A stretch of 64,000 bases of DNA from Amphiscolops sp. MND2022 (taxonomy: Eukaryota): the NCBI GenBank assembly GCA_964187785.1, contig OZ076412.1:2480001-2544000 (forward strand). Direction: 5' to 3'. Below are positions 38,520-51,048 of the stretch, piece after piece. The translations under genes were made by a program, and so were the position numbers. How positions within the stretch are numbered: position 1 is the first letter of the stretch; every line of letters starts with the position of its first letter. The notes beneath the pieces are model-generated. The model saw only the letters and a list, made by a program, of their open reading frames with translations, made no database searches and had not been told where the DNA came from.

Positions 38520-40993
38520 TTAATGCAGTGTAGGTGAAAAACTCCTTTTTCGAATCAATGATCGCTTTGTCTTGTTCACACAAGTGTGAAACGAAGCTGA
38601 CTCATGGTTTCTAACATGACCTCTATTTTCCGTTCACAACATCGTGGAAACATGCGAGCAATACATTTTAATATGGGAATTATTTTATTTCTGCGTAGAT
38701 GGATATTCTGTGCTAAAATTTTGGGGGACAGATAAATCTCCTGGCAGTAGGCTGGGGCATTAGCAAACAAGATCCCTTGTTTCTACCGGTCGACTGGGAT
38801 AGTGGCTGGTATGAATAGTTTGTTGGTTGTTTTTTTGTTATTTCTCGCTCCACACGATTGGAAATCAAATGCATATATTTTTCAAAAGTTTTCACTGATA
38901 TGATACCGAACTTCGAAAACTTCCGAGTGTACTCACTCTCAACAAAGGCAAAGGGCTTCAATTCAAGGCAGACCCACTCAAGCCATCCATATATAGTCTC
39001 ACTTTTCTTGCAGTTTTCCAAAACTTTTCCAAAACAAGCCACATTGGGAAGTTGTTCGAAAGAATGATCGAGCGACGACTCCGTATCTTCCTTGAGGAAG
39101 AAAGTATCATCGAAGAAGAACAAGAAGGGTTTCAAAGAGGAAAGAACACGCTTAGATCCCTCTACAGACTCGATCTCGAATGTGAATTGGCAAGAACGCA
39201 TGAGGAATCTGCTGCACTTCTAAACGTTGACTTTGAAAAAGCATTCGACAGTGTGTGGCTTGATGGCTTGATCTACAAATTGAAGAACCTGAAAATCAAT
39301 GGGAAAATGATAAAGATGATCGACGTCTTCCTTCGTTCCAAAAAAGGACAGATTCACCTAGATCCTTACACCTCACCCCTCTTCGGTATCCAAATTGGAC
39401 TACCACATGGAAGCGCTCTCTCCCCTGTGCTATTTCTTATTTTCATCTCTGATTTCTTATCCAATTCATTGAAATGCTTTAAAATTGCCGACGATTCTTC
39501 AGTACTTCTATCCGGACAGAAAATTACTAAATCGTTAAAGGACATCTGCTCAGATATAGAAATGTGGTGTAGACAATGGAGAATGGCTGTAAACGGGTCA
39601 AAAACCGAAATTTTGCCTTTACCAACTCACACGAAGATTTTACGCAGATCAAATTGAACGAAGAAAACTGCAAAATTAGCGAAACCACGAAATCACTTGG
39701 ACTCAACATCGTTTCCAAACTCAACTACAAAGAACACACTGGAATCTCAGTTGCCAAAGCTACGCGAAACTGGCATATCCTCCGAAAACATTGCAGCTCA
39801 AAGTGGGGCATCACCATTCCGACCCTAGTCTATCTTTACCGATCTGTCATACAACCCCAAGTTTTATATGGAGCACCAATATGGGCACAAAAGAATATCA
39901 AATCACTACAACTCTTCCAAAACAATATCCTTAGATTGATCTTCAAAAACTGTTTATCGCCACCTATTAGTACAGCTGAAGCTCTCTCAGGGATCCCACC
40001 AATCGACCTTTTCTGTCAAAGTCTAGCAGTCAAAGTTTTATTCAAAACGGAGCAAAAAAGACGACTTAATTCAAGCAGCCCACAACCAAGCATTAACCCA
40101 AAATCGCAGCAATAGTTGCGTCCTCGAAAATTTCTGGAGAAGGCATTGCAAAGTGACCAATACAACCGAAATTGGTTACACCCCTGAGTCGATATCCGCA
40201 TTTCTAAATACTTTATGGTTAAAGCGTTGGAAAAGTCCTTTGACCGATGTCTTCCTAAAAAATTTCATTCACTCGAAACCCGCTGTTGGTAAACCCTGTC
40301 CACTTATTAGGGGAAATCCCTATTATGCAAACCGCAACTGCAGCCTCCTGATGGCCAACACGACGATATTCAATGAAATCGAATGGAAGTTAAGCAAATG
40401 TGCCTCCCCGAAATGCTCATGCGGTGATGAAGACAACGCATACCATTATTTCCTTGTCTGCAGCAAATTCTCTGCTATCCGTCCAAACAAAATTGCCCTC
40501 CTTGACATCTTCGACGATACCGACTGCAAAATATTGAAAGAATTCATCGATTCCAGCAAAAACTCGAAGAACCTTACCGGTGACATTTTCACTTCAATCA
40601 AACTGTTGCTCACCCAAACTGAATAACTAAACCCAACTTTACATCCTCCCGCAAAGATATATATATCTTGCAGTTGCATGAACAGAAGTGTTGTTTGTGG
40701 TGTTGCATGCTGACTTCGAATGTGCTGCATTTTATTCGACCATCCGGTGCCTTGCTTTTGTTTCAAAATCTTCCCACAGGAGCATTTGTAGACATCGTTG
40801 TCGACGTGGCTGAACTTGTTCACCTCAGTTTCAAGTCCTTTTCTGGGGTTTCAACAGCGTGCTTACTCATTTAATTCAAACCTGAAAAACCAATTTTTCC
40901 AATTATTGGTAGAGAGATTTGCAATTATTTGGAAAATGGAAAGCGGCCAATGCAATTAATTGACCAATTATAATTGCAATAATTGCAACCCTA
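38520..40993 (-). mobile_element. hAT-like DNA transposon 5' half (BED finger), split by a LINE insertion
   Basis: BED-like YKCSCGKILKQKQGTGWSNKMQHIRSQH (40446..40823). The frame rejoins as ATPQTTL|PNVAC across the LINE. Candidate TIR TAGGGTTGCAAT ends at 40993. Confidence 0.7.
39053..40684 (+). mobile_element. 5'-truncated I/Jockey-like LINE (RT and C-terminal knuckle)
   Basis: QEGFQRGK, VDFEKAFDSVW, LPHGSALSPVLF, KIADD and CSCGDEDNAYHYFLVC. Flanked by GAAGT at 39048-39052 and 40685-40689. Two frameshifts. Confidence 0.9.
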
Positions 40994-41399
40994 ATTATTA
41001 ATTGCGGGTCCCTGGTAGTGGCTGGTACGGGGTTTCCTCCTTTCGTTGCAGACCACGTGTGTGTGTCTTCTCACCCCAACATGATATGACACACCTTGCA
41101 CTTGATTGATGACTTGAAAGGTAGATTTGAAAGGTCCGACTCTTCCCTGGATTTCGAAAGCAACCGGCTGTGAGGTTTATCCTCCATCTTAATGTTTTTA
41201 CCTTGGAGGCCCTATTAGTTTTATTTTTTATTTATGAATTGTTTCATGTCACTAAATTATTTACAGTCGAACTCGTTTAAAAGAAACATTCGGATATAAG
41301 AAACGTTTTCACTCCTCCGATTTTGTGCGAGTCACTTTCTACGTAAATAGGACAACTGATAAAAAAAACTATGGATAAAAGAAACCCTTTTCTCACCGC

Positions 41400-42900
41400 C
41401 CAATGAGTTTCTTTTATCCGAGTTTGACTGTATACCGATGTATTATGATTTCTTCGAGATGGGCTGCCCCTGCCTGTAATCTTCGCGTTGCTTCAACTTC
41501 GGTTGTCTTCTTGCGATATACAGAGCTTCAAGCGTTAGTAATCGCCCTGGATCTTCACACTGATCCAGAACCCTGGAATAACGTTCTGGAGCGTCGCCGG
41601 TACTGTTCTCAAGGTGATTTCCCACGGGTGAGCTTTTACGGGCATGCTCTGCTAGTCGGGTCATCAAATGCCGTGTCGTGTGACCGACATAGCTGGACTT
41701 GCATCCAGATAAGGTAATTTCGTAAATGACTCGGCTTTTCAGATCATCTGATATTTTGCTCTTCAGGGAAGGTAAGACAGTTTTCATTTTTCTTGTAGTC
41801 AACAGAACGCAGACGTGTAATCTTCCTGAAACTTCTACTGAAACGGTCGAAAGTATGTCCTCTATGTTCCAACAGAGTGGGCCGTGCCTTCTTTTCTTGT
41901 GGGTCTCCCGAGCTTTACTTCAGTTTCGCATCTGTAGCCTGTTGCTCCTTTTGGATGAACATTTAGCTGATTGTGTTCTCAACTATGGGTTGGTAATATG
42001 GTGGTGGGTACTGGTTCTTCTTGAACATGTCCTTTGCTGAAACTAGTGCATCGTGGAAGTTGTTGCAGCTCGACGTGGTTTTGTTGATGTGACAGACTGT
42101 ACCTTCTTTGACATTTCGCTTGTACAGTTTCGGGCACTTGCTCGGAAAGACAGCATGAGGCCTGTGTATGTGGGTTTGCTATACCAGGCAGTGCTGAGTT
42201 TCCCATCATTACGTTCCACCATCATGTCAAGAAACGGTATCTTATTATCCACTTCTCTTTCTGAAGTGAACTTGAGGCAGGGATGTAGGTTATTGGCATG
42301 TGACATGATGTTGTCTATGTCAGCCACTCTCGCTGTTCTAATGATGTCGTCAACATATCTCCCGAAAACTTTGGCCTTCGTGATGCTGACCTGCACCTGT
42401 GCAATGTTGGAATGACATCCACAATACCAGGGTGTGTTATTGCGACTTTATCACCTGATACATCAACTTTTAGGTCCGTGCATATGCGATGGCACCAGGT
42501 GTGACATTCATCACATCTGATCGAGTAGCTTCATTTCGTGACCTTCGTTTGGCAGCGCATGCACACACTTCTGCCAGCTTGATATTCGACCTCGTTTGGA
42601 CGTGAACTGCTAACCGACAGAGTGGTGTCTGTCCCCGACAGGACCCCTTCATATTGACTGAGCCACAGATTAGCTGAAATAACCGCTAATGCTCCCATGG
42701 CTACACCGTCGCATTGTTTATACCACCGACCATTAGCCATGAAATGCACGTTGGTCACAGCTAAACTCAAAAGGCGAATAAAAGTTTCCTTATCAATGGG
42801 AGGCTGCTTGTCACTTGCATATAGTTTGTCTGCTGCCAGGAGGATCGTTTCCACCACGGGCACGTTGGTGTAGAGACTTTCCACATAAACCAGCTAACGG
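41400..42900 (-). mobile_element. Penelope-like element (RT plus C-terminal GIY-YIG), 5'-truncated, decayed, with a PHD finger inside RT
   Basis: VESLYTNVP, YKQCDGVAMG, FGRYVDDII, IPFLDMMV and WYSKPT (RT). VIYEITLSGCKSSYVGHTTRHLMTRLAEH (GIY-YIG). Confidence 0.9.
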
Positions 42901-43136
42901 AAACATTACAGTGCCAAAAGTGAGTTAACACACTTTTGTGCTATTAAGTCACCGAAATCCACTGACATACTTTTAAACATGTATTTCACTGATTTTCATT
43001 GGATTCCGCTGTTGCCTGTTTTGGATTCCACTAACATATCTAGCTAATGTACAAAAATGTGTGCACCGAAATCCACTGCTTTTCACTGCCAACCGATTGA
43101 ACCAATCGCGTCAGCTTATTTCAATTTTCAGCGAAA

Positions 43137-43331
43137 TTCGCTGAAACTTGCAGTGGATTCCACTTCAGCTTACAGTGGATTCCACTTTGGCTTACAGTCG
43201 ATTCCACTTTGGCCTACAGCCGATTCCACTTTTCAACTTGTGGAATTGACTGCAAAACGAGTGGAATTGACTGTAAGCCAAAGTTGAATTTACTGTAAGC
43301 TGAAGTGGAATCCACTGCAAGTTTCAGCGAA
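43137..43331. repeat. 195-bp foldback palindrome built from ~21-bp units containing CAGTGGATTCCAC
   Basis: The outer 40 bp form a perfect inverted repeat (TTCGCTGAAACTTGCAGTGGATTCCACTTCAGCTTACAGT and its complement); the inner units are degenerate. Confidence 0.9.
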
Positions 43332-44149
43332 AGGACAGATCAATGAAACATAAATAATAACTTTCTAATAATCTTCTTTCAATTATTCATGCTTAAACAA
43401 ACCTTTTGGCCCTTTAGTTATGTCCCCCCACACCTGTTTTAACAAATTATATATATTTGTTATTATTAATTTATTATTAATTTATTATGCAGGAACTACG
43501 AAAAATTTTCGATTCAGCGAAATATTCGATAAAACGAAAACATGCTAGTAAGACCTATACTGTCGGGGATTTTTATTCGTTTACCCGAAATTTTGATTTC
43601 GATATTTAGCCGATATTCGATTATCCGAATCCTACTGTAATTGCAAAAACAACATCTTGAAAAGTGTAGGGAAAATGAAAAAGTTCCAGACTTTTTATTT
43701 TTGTTTGTTTCAGGTCAAATTCATACAAATTCTGTGAAGCAATCGACGAATGGTGGGAACTTCAAAATCACTCTTTATGGTTACAACTTCAATGGTTACA
43801 ACTCACACCTGATGCGTTCCTCTCTTCTCCATTATTGTAAAATTCTCTCCTTATTATAAAAATTTTGTTAAAAGTTTTGTTTACGTCTTTTTTTGTCATG
43901 ATATTATGTAGTTCTTTCAATTGAAAAAACTTTTTTCACCATTTTTTGCCAAGAACTTGTAGTGTTTGAACTGTGTTCACGGTCAACTAACGGTCGAATA
44001 ACAACCGAATCATTTGCTGGCAAATCCTCTATACAATGTCAACCGACTCACGGTTGATAACCAACTCACGGTGGAGACAAAAAAAATCAGTGAAAAATTA
44101 GTGAAAAATACGGTTGTATGCCCCGGGATAGAAAAAAGGACTCCGTAGA

Positions 44150-47100
44150 AATAATGATAATTTATGGACGTAAGCAATTTTCCCTAAAACTACACAAAAA
44201 TATGTAATAGTTCCCTAACTTTAAAAAACATGACTACTGGAAATGCTAGTAATCTTTTGCCGAGAAAAATCCTTCCACATGATTTTTTGGGAACAATCAC
44301 ACCTAATTTTATTACCTACTAGTGAGCGCACGTATGACCTTTTAGTTTCAAATCAACGCGTGAAATCAAATAGTTTCAAACAGGTGTTGAAGAATTATTT
44401 AAACAGCGTGCGGTAATACTGTGAGAAACATGTTGCAAGATTAAATTTATTTGAAGTTGAGGCTAAAATTGAGGCTTATCAGAAGACGCAAAAGGAGGGA
44501 AACTGAAACGCAAAGAATATGATTTTGATGGTTTTTCGACTTCATCATTATCGACGATTTGATACACCATTGACACGCTCAATTTCTAAAAGCTCATTGA
44601 CACGCCATTGACACACTCATTGTCTAAAAGTTCAAAATGTCAGAATTCGAAAAGTTCAATATATCTTTGGATGATGGGAAAGAACTCATAGATTTTAAAA
44701 TACTAGACTTTTTATCAGGAAACACGTTACAAAATCGTCAACGGAAACTCACTTCAATCGTTGCTGAAATGGTCGTAGGGACCACTCTGAAGACAGACGA
44801 TCTTATTCGAAAATTACCAATTAAAGGACAGCCCCAGGGATCTGTTTTTGTTGCGTTGAAAATAATGAAACTTTTATTTCTGCGGGGCTACAAAGACTTA
44901 CCGTGGAACGAGAAGAGAAGAAAATTCGTTGTAAAATATTTCAACACCAGTTTTTTTCCCGATGTCGGTACTTTTACAAATGATAAATTTTTTTCTCAAC
45001 ATGGTTGAAGAAACACCCCTTGAAGTAACATTCCAAGAAGAGAGAGTGCTACAGAAGACACCAGAAATTAATAATTCACAAGACCAGCAACGATCAGATA
45101 TGAATATTACGCAATTACAACTCAAAAGGTGGCACAGAACTAATAAGAAAACTTTTTGGACCAAAGTGCTGAATTTTTCTAGAATGTATGGTATACCTAT
45201 TCACGGATGAGCCACAATTCTCAAAGAACAGCATCAGAAACGTAGCATATGGCGAAAAAGAAGCGCAAGCGGTAATCACATTCGAGACTTGTTCACGGGT
45301 CTTTTGGAGGACAGAGGCTCCTCCGAATGCTTCAGGTACGAACTCTCAATCAAAATGAAAACTGGCAACATGGAAGATATCCTCAATGCAATTCGACAAA
45401 GGTTAGTTTCGGTTGGTTTAGGTGGTGGCAGTACCGTCAATTCGTCACATCAAAAGAGATACTAGCCTCATAATGAAATTGTTTGTTACAATTTGCGAGC
45501 CTGAGCGAACCTATTCTGGATTTTGAGTCAGTTTACTGAAAGCAGTGACGTTTGCGTCATTAGTTTTACTGCAGGAAACCAATCTTGAAGGCCTTAAAAT
45601 TGATGTTTGGGGTGACGGTTGCGAAATAGGGGGGTTGAGGTAACGCGTCTAGCATTCAGAATTTTGAACACCACAGTTAGCAGTCAATCATCGAAAGCTG
45701 TCTTCTGTTTTGCATCATATCGTGGCAAAGATGGCCGATATGCAATGGAACAAAACTTTGGCCCGTCTATCCTGGGTAAGAAAGAATCTGGATGGCTATA
45801 CCGCCAGACAAAAGAACTACAAGCCTTAGGCGTTGAAATTACATACAGTGGTGACAGCCAGTTCTTGACGCGTTTGGTCCTTGGAATTTCAACTGAACGT
45901 TCAAGTTCTCATCCGTCACAACTTCCGATATATGTATGCGATGAAAATTTCCTCCCCACCCGCTGCTCAGATGTCGATGGAAGACGAACATCTTTGAAGA
46001 TCCCATTCAGACAACATGATCCTACAGAGAAGCATTAGCAAGCATAATCGATGTCAGAACAATCTGCCCAGACGCTACACACATGATAACGCGTTGCACT
46101 GAGAATGATATTAGAAGAGTGGCTCAGAAGGTAATTAACGACAAACATCCCTGGGAAGTTTTGAGCATACAGCGCTTTGAGAAAAATTTGACCAGCCGAG
46201 AAGCTAAAAAGACCGTCTTTTTAGTTCAATATCACCCACAAGAACGTAGTTAAAACCCCAGGAACAATAGGACCACTGTCATTAGCGGGGTCGAATGCAC
46301 TTACAGTTATAGCTGAAACAGAAGAACTTAGAAGTGCTCAATTTGGGACAATCACGAACCTTTATGACGGAGTTTGGTTGACCGAGATACCACTTGGAAG
46401 TGAGGATGGATACAACTTGGGGGCTGCAAAAGTACTTAAGTCTTAACATCCACATTTATTTGACAAACGGGACCCCATAAATCCAAGAAACGAAGAAAAA
46501 TATATATCAATTGATGACGCTTGAGAGCTTCTACGACAAAGTTTAAACCAGTGTGCTATTCTGTTGAGAACTCAGGGAGCATTTGATGTCGACACTTTTA
46601 AACGATGGGCTGAAACATACTTTCAAATCAATTTGCTCCTCTTCGGGCGAAAGGGGCTGTCACCATACAAGCTCAAGCTTCCATTGATAGCCCAACTAGT
46701 GGAGAGCGGACACATCGAGAAGCCATGGAATCACCTCTGCGAAGGCTTGGAAACATCGAACCACAATGCGAACAGAAATTTTCAATCCCGAACCATGAGA
46801 GGCGTCGGCTCCATTTACCATCAAGATCCACTATTTCTGGATACTGCATTTTCGTTTTGCCGGTTCCTGGATATTTCTTCAACAAGTTCCGAAAAAAATA
46901 TCCAATGTCCTTGAACATGTAAGAAAAACACTCACGACTGAAGAGACTTTAGAGGGTGCCAAAACTTATCTAGACATTTATAGAACTCTCTTGGCGCTAC
47001 CCTGCCTTGCCGTTGGCGAAAAGAGAGAATTTTGCGACCTTCTACGAGGATTGAGATTTACAATTGTAGGTAGGTTCAAGCGTGGGCTCACACAGGATTT

Positions 47101-47669
47101 CCTCAAAGATAGAATTTCCGAAATTGGAGGTGTCGTTTATGAGAAAGAAAACGCGGAGAACATCATGAAATCCCACTCAAATATCTTGAATTTTTACGTT
47201 ATTGTCAGAAACGAAGAGGACCTAATAAACGCGACCGGTGATAAACTTCAATTGAGAGCCATGAGAAGAAAACTGAAGCTCCATAGACATTGTACCGCAA
47301 GCGAGTTGTCAACAGACGCCGAAAGCAGAGAAGATGAAAAGTGTTCACCAAAAAAGAAGTTGTCTCCTGCAGCTTTGGCCCGCAAAAGATTTGCGTCGGG
47401 GGGGGGGGGGTTTCATGTTCATCACTGTTGAATACGTACTCGAACTGATGAAAAGTAACGTCATTCTGGACCCTGAAAAATATATTATAAGGCCTGGACT
47501 CTTGATCAACCCGGTGAAAATTAATGACATGCGACCACTCTTGATGGATCAAATAGATGATAACAAATCAATAGCGAATACGTCAGCCATTGTGGCCTTG
47601 AAAAGATACCGAAACGGCCTAGTGAAACAACAAAACTCCATTTCTGCAAATGCTTGTTACAATAAATGA
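44150..47669 (+). pseudogene. RAG1/Transib-related DDE transposase with C-terminal BRCT domain, multiple frameshifts and stops
   Basis: IDVWGDG (D 45614), TYSGDSQFLTRLVLG (D 45853), DATH (DxxH, 46071) and SPYKLK...CEGLETSNH (E 46750). Order and context match RAG1 ESCDG / GYDEKLVREVEG / LH / TNYFHK...SEGNESGNK. BRCT-like LRGLRFTIVGRF...LKDRISEIGGVV...ITVEYVLEL from ~47036. The 5' start is approximate. Confidence 0.7.
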
Positions 47670-47769
47670 TTTCGAAGACATATGTTTTAATCTTTGCTTG
47701 TGGTACTAATTTAGCTTTTGAACTTTTTTTCTCGGAAACATAGACAAGAAACCTTAAATATTTTAAAAG

Positions 47770-48720
47770 GGGTACATTTTAACCAATTCAAAAGGGGTAC
47801 ATTCAGTAAAGCATTAGTTCTAAATAGACTTCATTGCAGTGGATTCCACTATTCTGGAAAGTGTTCTTCATCATGCGAAAAGCGAAATGCGGAATTGACT
47901 AACATATACCAATACATTGACAGTGGATTCCACAAACAAATGCTTAAACATTTGCAAACCAATTCAAAAGGGGTACATTGAGTGAATTATTAGTTCTAAA
48001 TAGACTCATGTTTCTATTGCAGTGGATTCCACTATTCTAGAAAGTATTCTTCATCCTGCGAAAAGCGATATGCGGAATTGACTAACATATACCAATACAT
48101 TGACAGTGGATTCCACAAACAAATGCTTAACCATTTGCAAACCAATTCAAAAGGGGTACATTCAGTGAATTATTGATTCTAAATAGACTCAAGTTTCTAT
48201 TGCAGTGGATTCCACTACTCTGGAACGTATTCTTCATCATGCGAAAAGCGATATGCGGAATTGACTAACATATACCAATACATTGACAGTGGATTCCACA
48301 AACAAATGCTTAACCATTTGAAAACCAATTCAAAAGGGGTACATTGAGTGAATTATTAGTTCTAAATAGACTCAAGTTTCTATTGCAGTGGATTCCACTA
48401 TTCTAGAAAGTATTCTTCATCCTGCGAAAAGCGATATGCGGAATTGACTAACATATACCAATACATTGACAGTGGATTCCACAAACAAATGCTTAACCAT
48501 TTGCAAACCAATTCAAAAGGGGTACATTCAGTGAATTATTAGTTCTAAATAGACTCAAGTTTCTATTGCAGTGGATTCCACTACTCTGGAACGTATTCTT
48601 CATCCTGCGAAAAGCGATATGCGGAATTGACTAGCATAAACCAATACATTGACAGTGGATTCCACAAACAAATACTTAAACATTTGCAAACCAATTCAAA
48701 AGGTCTACATTCAGTGAATT
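47770..48720 (+). repeat. Tandem array, 183-bp unit, ~5 copies, two CAGTGGATTCCAC per unit
   Basis: Anchor CCAATTCAAAAGG at 47783, 47959, 48142, 48325, 48508 and 48691. Confidence 0.95.
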
Positions 48721-49609
48721 GATAGTATATCCAGCAAAAAAAAATCAAATCAGGCTACGTTAAATAAAATTGTCAATCAACTCCCTCATAGTCGTGACGA
48801 AAGAAATCTTGAACAAAGTTAATGATCAAAATCAACATACCGTATATTCCGGCAAAGAAGCCCCCTTCCCCTTTTTTTGAGTTTTCGGTGGTCAAAAGTT
48901 TGGGGAGGGGCTTATGCGATGAACATAAAACGAAGACCGTTTTTTTCGGATCAAAAATTTGGCATGATTTTAGAGGATGTTGCAATTGATTTCTTTTTGA
49001 GGAAGTTTCAGAGCCCGAAGAAATGACAGATGATGACTCCACTTTTAGTCCATGAGAATTGAAAATTTAATTTATACCAAGAAAGTTCATTCAATTGACA
49101 CTTATTGAACTTTTATTTTCTTTTATTTTTCTAAAGTGCATTTCCAAAAATTTTGGTAGGTTAAAACTTGAGTCATTTTGTATTCTAGAAGGAGTTTGCT
49201 CTCTTTCCATTTTTCATTTCGCTTCAATATTTTGTTTACCATTCATTTGCTCAACACTATTTGTTCACTCAGCACAATTGGAATGAATCTGACGAAAGTG
49301 TCAATTTAGTAAACTTGTGTGCAAATGTAGTGGTATAAAACAAAACTGTTACATAAGTTTACGGAACCGAGAATGCTAATTCGATTTTGATTGGCTGCCG
49401 AAGTGGATGTAGGAAATGCTCTTCTAGTTCAGGAAATTGATTCTTTGTTGTTCGACCTTTCAATTCAACAGCTTGCTAGTTTTGTTTAATTCAAGATACA
49501 TTCTTTAAGCCCTTCTCTTACCTTTGTCTAATTCTAGATTCCATAAACGTTGCCTGCTTCCTCATTCCACAATGGTTAGTTTCTTTGTTAAGAATGTTTT
49601 ACATCTACA

Positions 49610-50330
49610 ATTTGGGATACGAAGTACAAATTTCAGTTTCAGTTGGAAAAAATTGAGTATCCACTGTGAGTATAAAAAAAACTGTTTTAATACACACCGC
49701 TTTGGTTTTGGTACTTACCGTGAGTAAGTTATTGTACTCGTTTTTGGTATCCAACATGAGTAAAGTATTATCCTGCATTTGTATAGAAATTTTTTGTATC
49801 CACCGTGAGTAGTGGAAAAAACTTTAGTTAGAACAAAAATTGCACACACTGTCAGCAAAAATGTTAGTTTCAGTTGGAAAAATTCGAGTATCCACCGTGA
49901 GTAAAAAAAACTCATTTTTAAGAAACACCGCTTCGGTTTTGGTACTTACCGTGAGTAAATGATTGTACTCGTTTTTGGTACACACGGTGAGTAAAGTATT
50001 GTCCTGCATTTGTATAGAAATTTTTTGTATCCACCGTGAGTAGTGGAAAAAACTTTAGTTAGAACAAAAATTGCACACACTGTCAGCAAAAATGTTAGTT
50101 TCAGTTGGAAAAATTCGAGTATCCACCGTGAGTAAAAAAAACTCAGTTTTAAGAAACACCGCTTCGGTTTTGGTACTTACCGTGAGTAAATGATTGTACT
50201 CGTTTTTGGTACACACGGTGAGTAAAGTATTGTCCTGCATTTGTATAGAAATTTTTTGTATCCACCGTGGGTAGTGGAAAAATCTGAGTAAGAAAAAAAA
50301 TTGTACACACTATCAGCAAAACTGCTCTTG
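49610..50330 (+). repeat. Tandem array, 231-bp unit, ~3 copies, rich in (A)CCGTGAGTA
   Basis: ORF-track twins 49824..50009 and 50055..50240 are offset by 231; TATCCACCGTGAGT recurs within each unit. Confidence 0.95.
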
Positions 50331-50975
50331 AATTTTCATACGAATATTTTGGTTTCCCCGAGTAGTAAAAACAAATCTGAGTTTGAACTGCCATCCTTTG
50401 AACAGGCCTGAGTGAAAAACTGTTCAATATTTGCAGAGAAATCTGGGAGTAAAATATTGTTATCGAATTAGTGGGTCTTTTCTGCTACAACCCCTCCCCC
50501 CCTCCCAGCAAGTTTACTCCCATCCCACTCAATTCACTAAGAAGTGAATCAATATGAAGTCAATCTTATACAATAATTCTTGTCCTAATTTTTGAAATGT
50601 TGATAGGTGTTCATCATTAAGAAGTGAATCATTAGAGAGTGAGTCAAATACCTCGATTCTTATCCTGACAAAAAAATATTGGGGATAATTTTTAAAGAAT
50701 AGAGTGGGGGAATAACAGAAAAGACTCGAATTCGATCTCTATCTTGTTTTAAGGGAAAGCAATCCAATACCCATGTCAGAGACTAAGTCTTTTTGATACT
50801 CAACTGTTGTCAGATGAAATCAGAAAGCAATGATACGATATGAAGAAAAGATTAAAAATTGTTGTTAACATAGACAATCAAATTAAATTTCGCGATAGCA
50901 AGATAAAAGTTTTTACATATTATTTGAAAAATTAGGTATACTCAGTTTTTCTGAGATAACATAGGCTGTAAAAAG

Positions 50976-51048
50976 TCGACACGATAGAGATTCGAACCCA
51001 CGATCTTTGGCTTCATAGTCTAGTTGCTTACCACTCGGCCATAGCGCG
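50976..51048 (-). tRNA. Degenerate tRNA gene / tRNA-derived pseudogene (anticodon reads ATG)
   Basis: A box TGGCCGAGTGG, anticodon loop CT-ATG-AA, B box GGTTCGAATC and a TTTTT Pol III terminator immediately downstream. Acceptor, anticodon and T stems are mismatched. Confidence 0.6.

Larger units (their letters stand above)
31401..39055 (+). repeat. Tandem segmental duplication 2: units 31401-35228 and 35229-39055 (~3.83 kb), near-identical
   Basis: ORF pairs 32691/36522, 32918/36749 and 34747/38576. Junction GAAGTTGT|AAGAAACAGC with GT microhomology. Confidence 0.95.

Noticed and set aside
41280-41400. Hammerhead ribozyme at the Penelope 3' end
   Set aside because: Only a weak GGAGGAG...GAAAAC resemblance is present; the CTGANGA core and supporting stems are not.
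42907-43638. Single TA-flanked MITE spanning TACAGTG...CTACTGTA
   Set aside because: The two ends share only TACAGT; the flanking sequences do not form a TIR, so they probably belong to different elements.
49824-50240. Twin 61-aa ORFs as genes
   Set aside because: They are translations of the 231-bp repeat unit, with non-ATG starts and no protein features.
47770-50330. CRISPR-like or guide arrays
   Set aside because: The units are near-identical over their whole length, with no unique spacers and no cas-like gene; they are tandem repeats.
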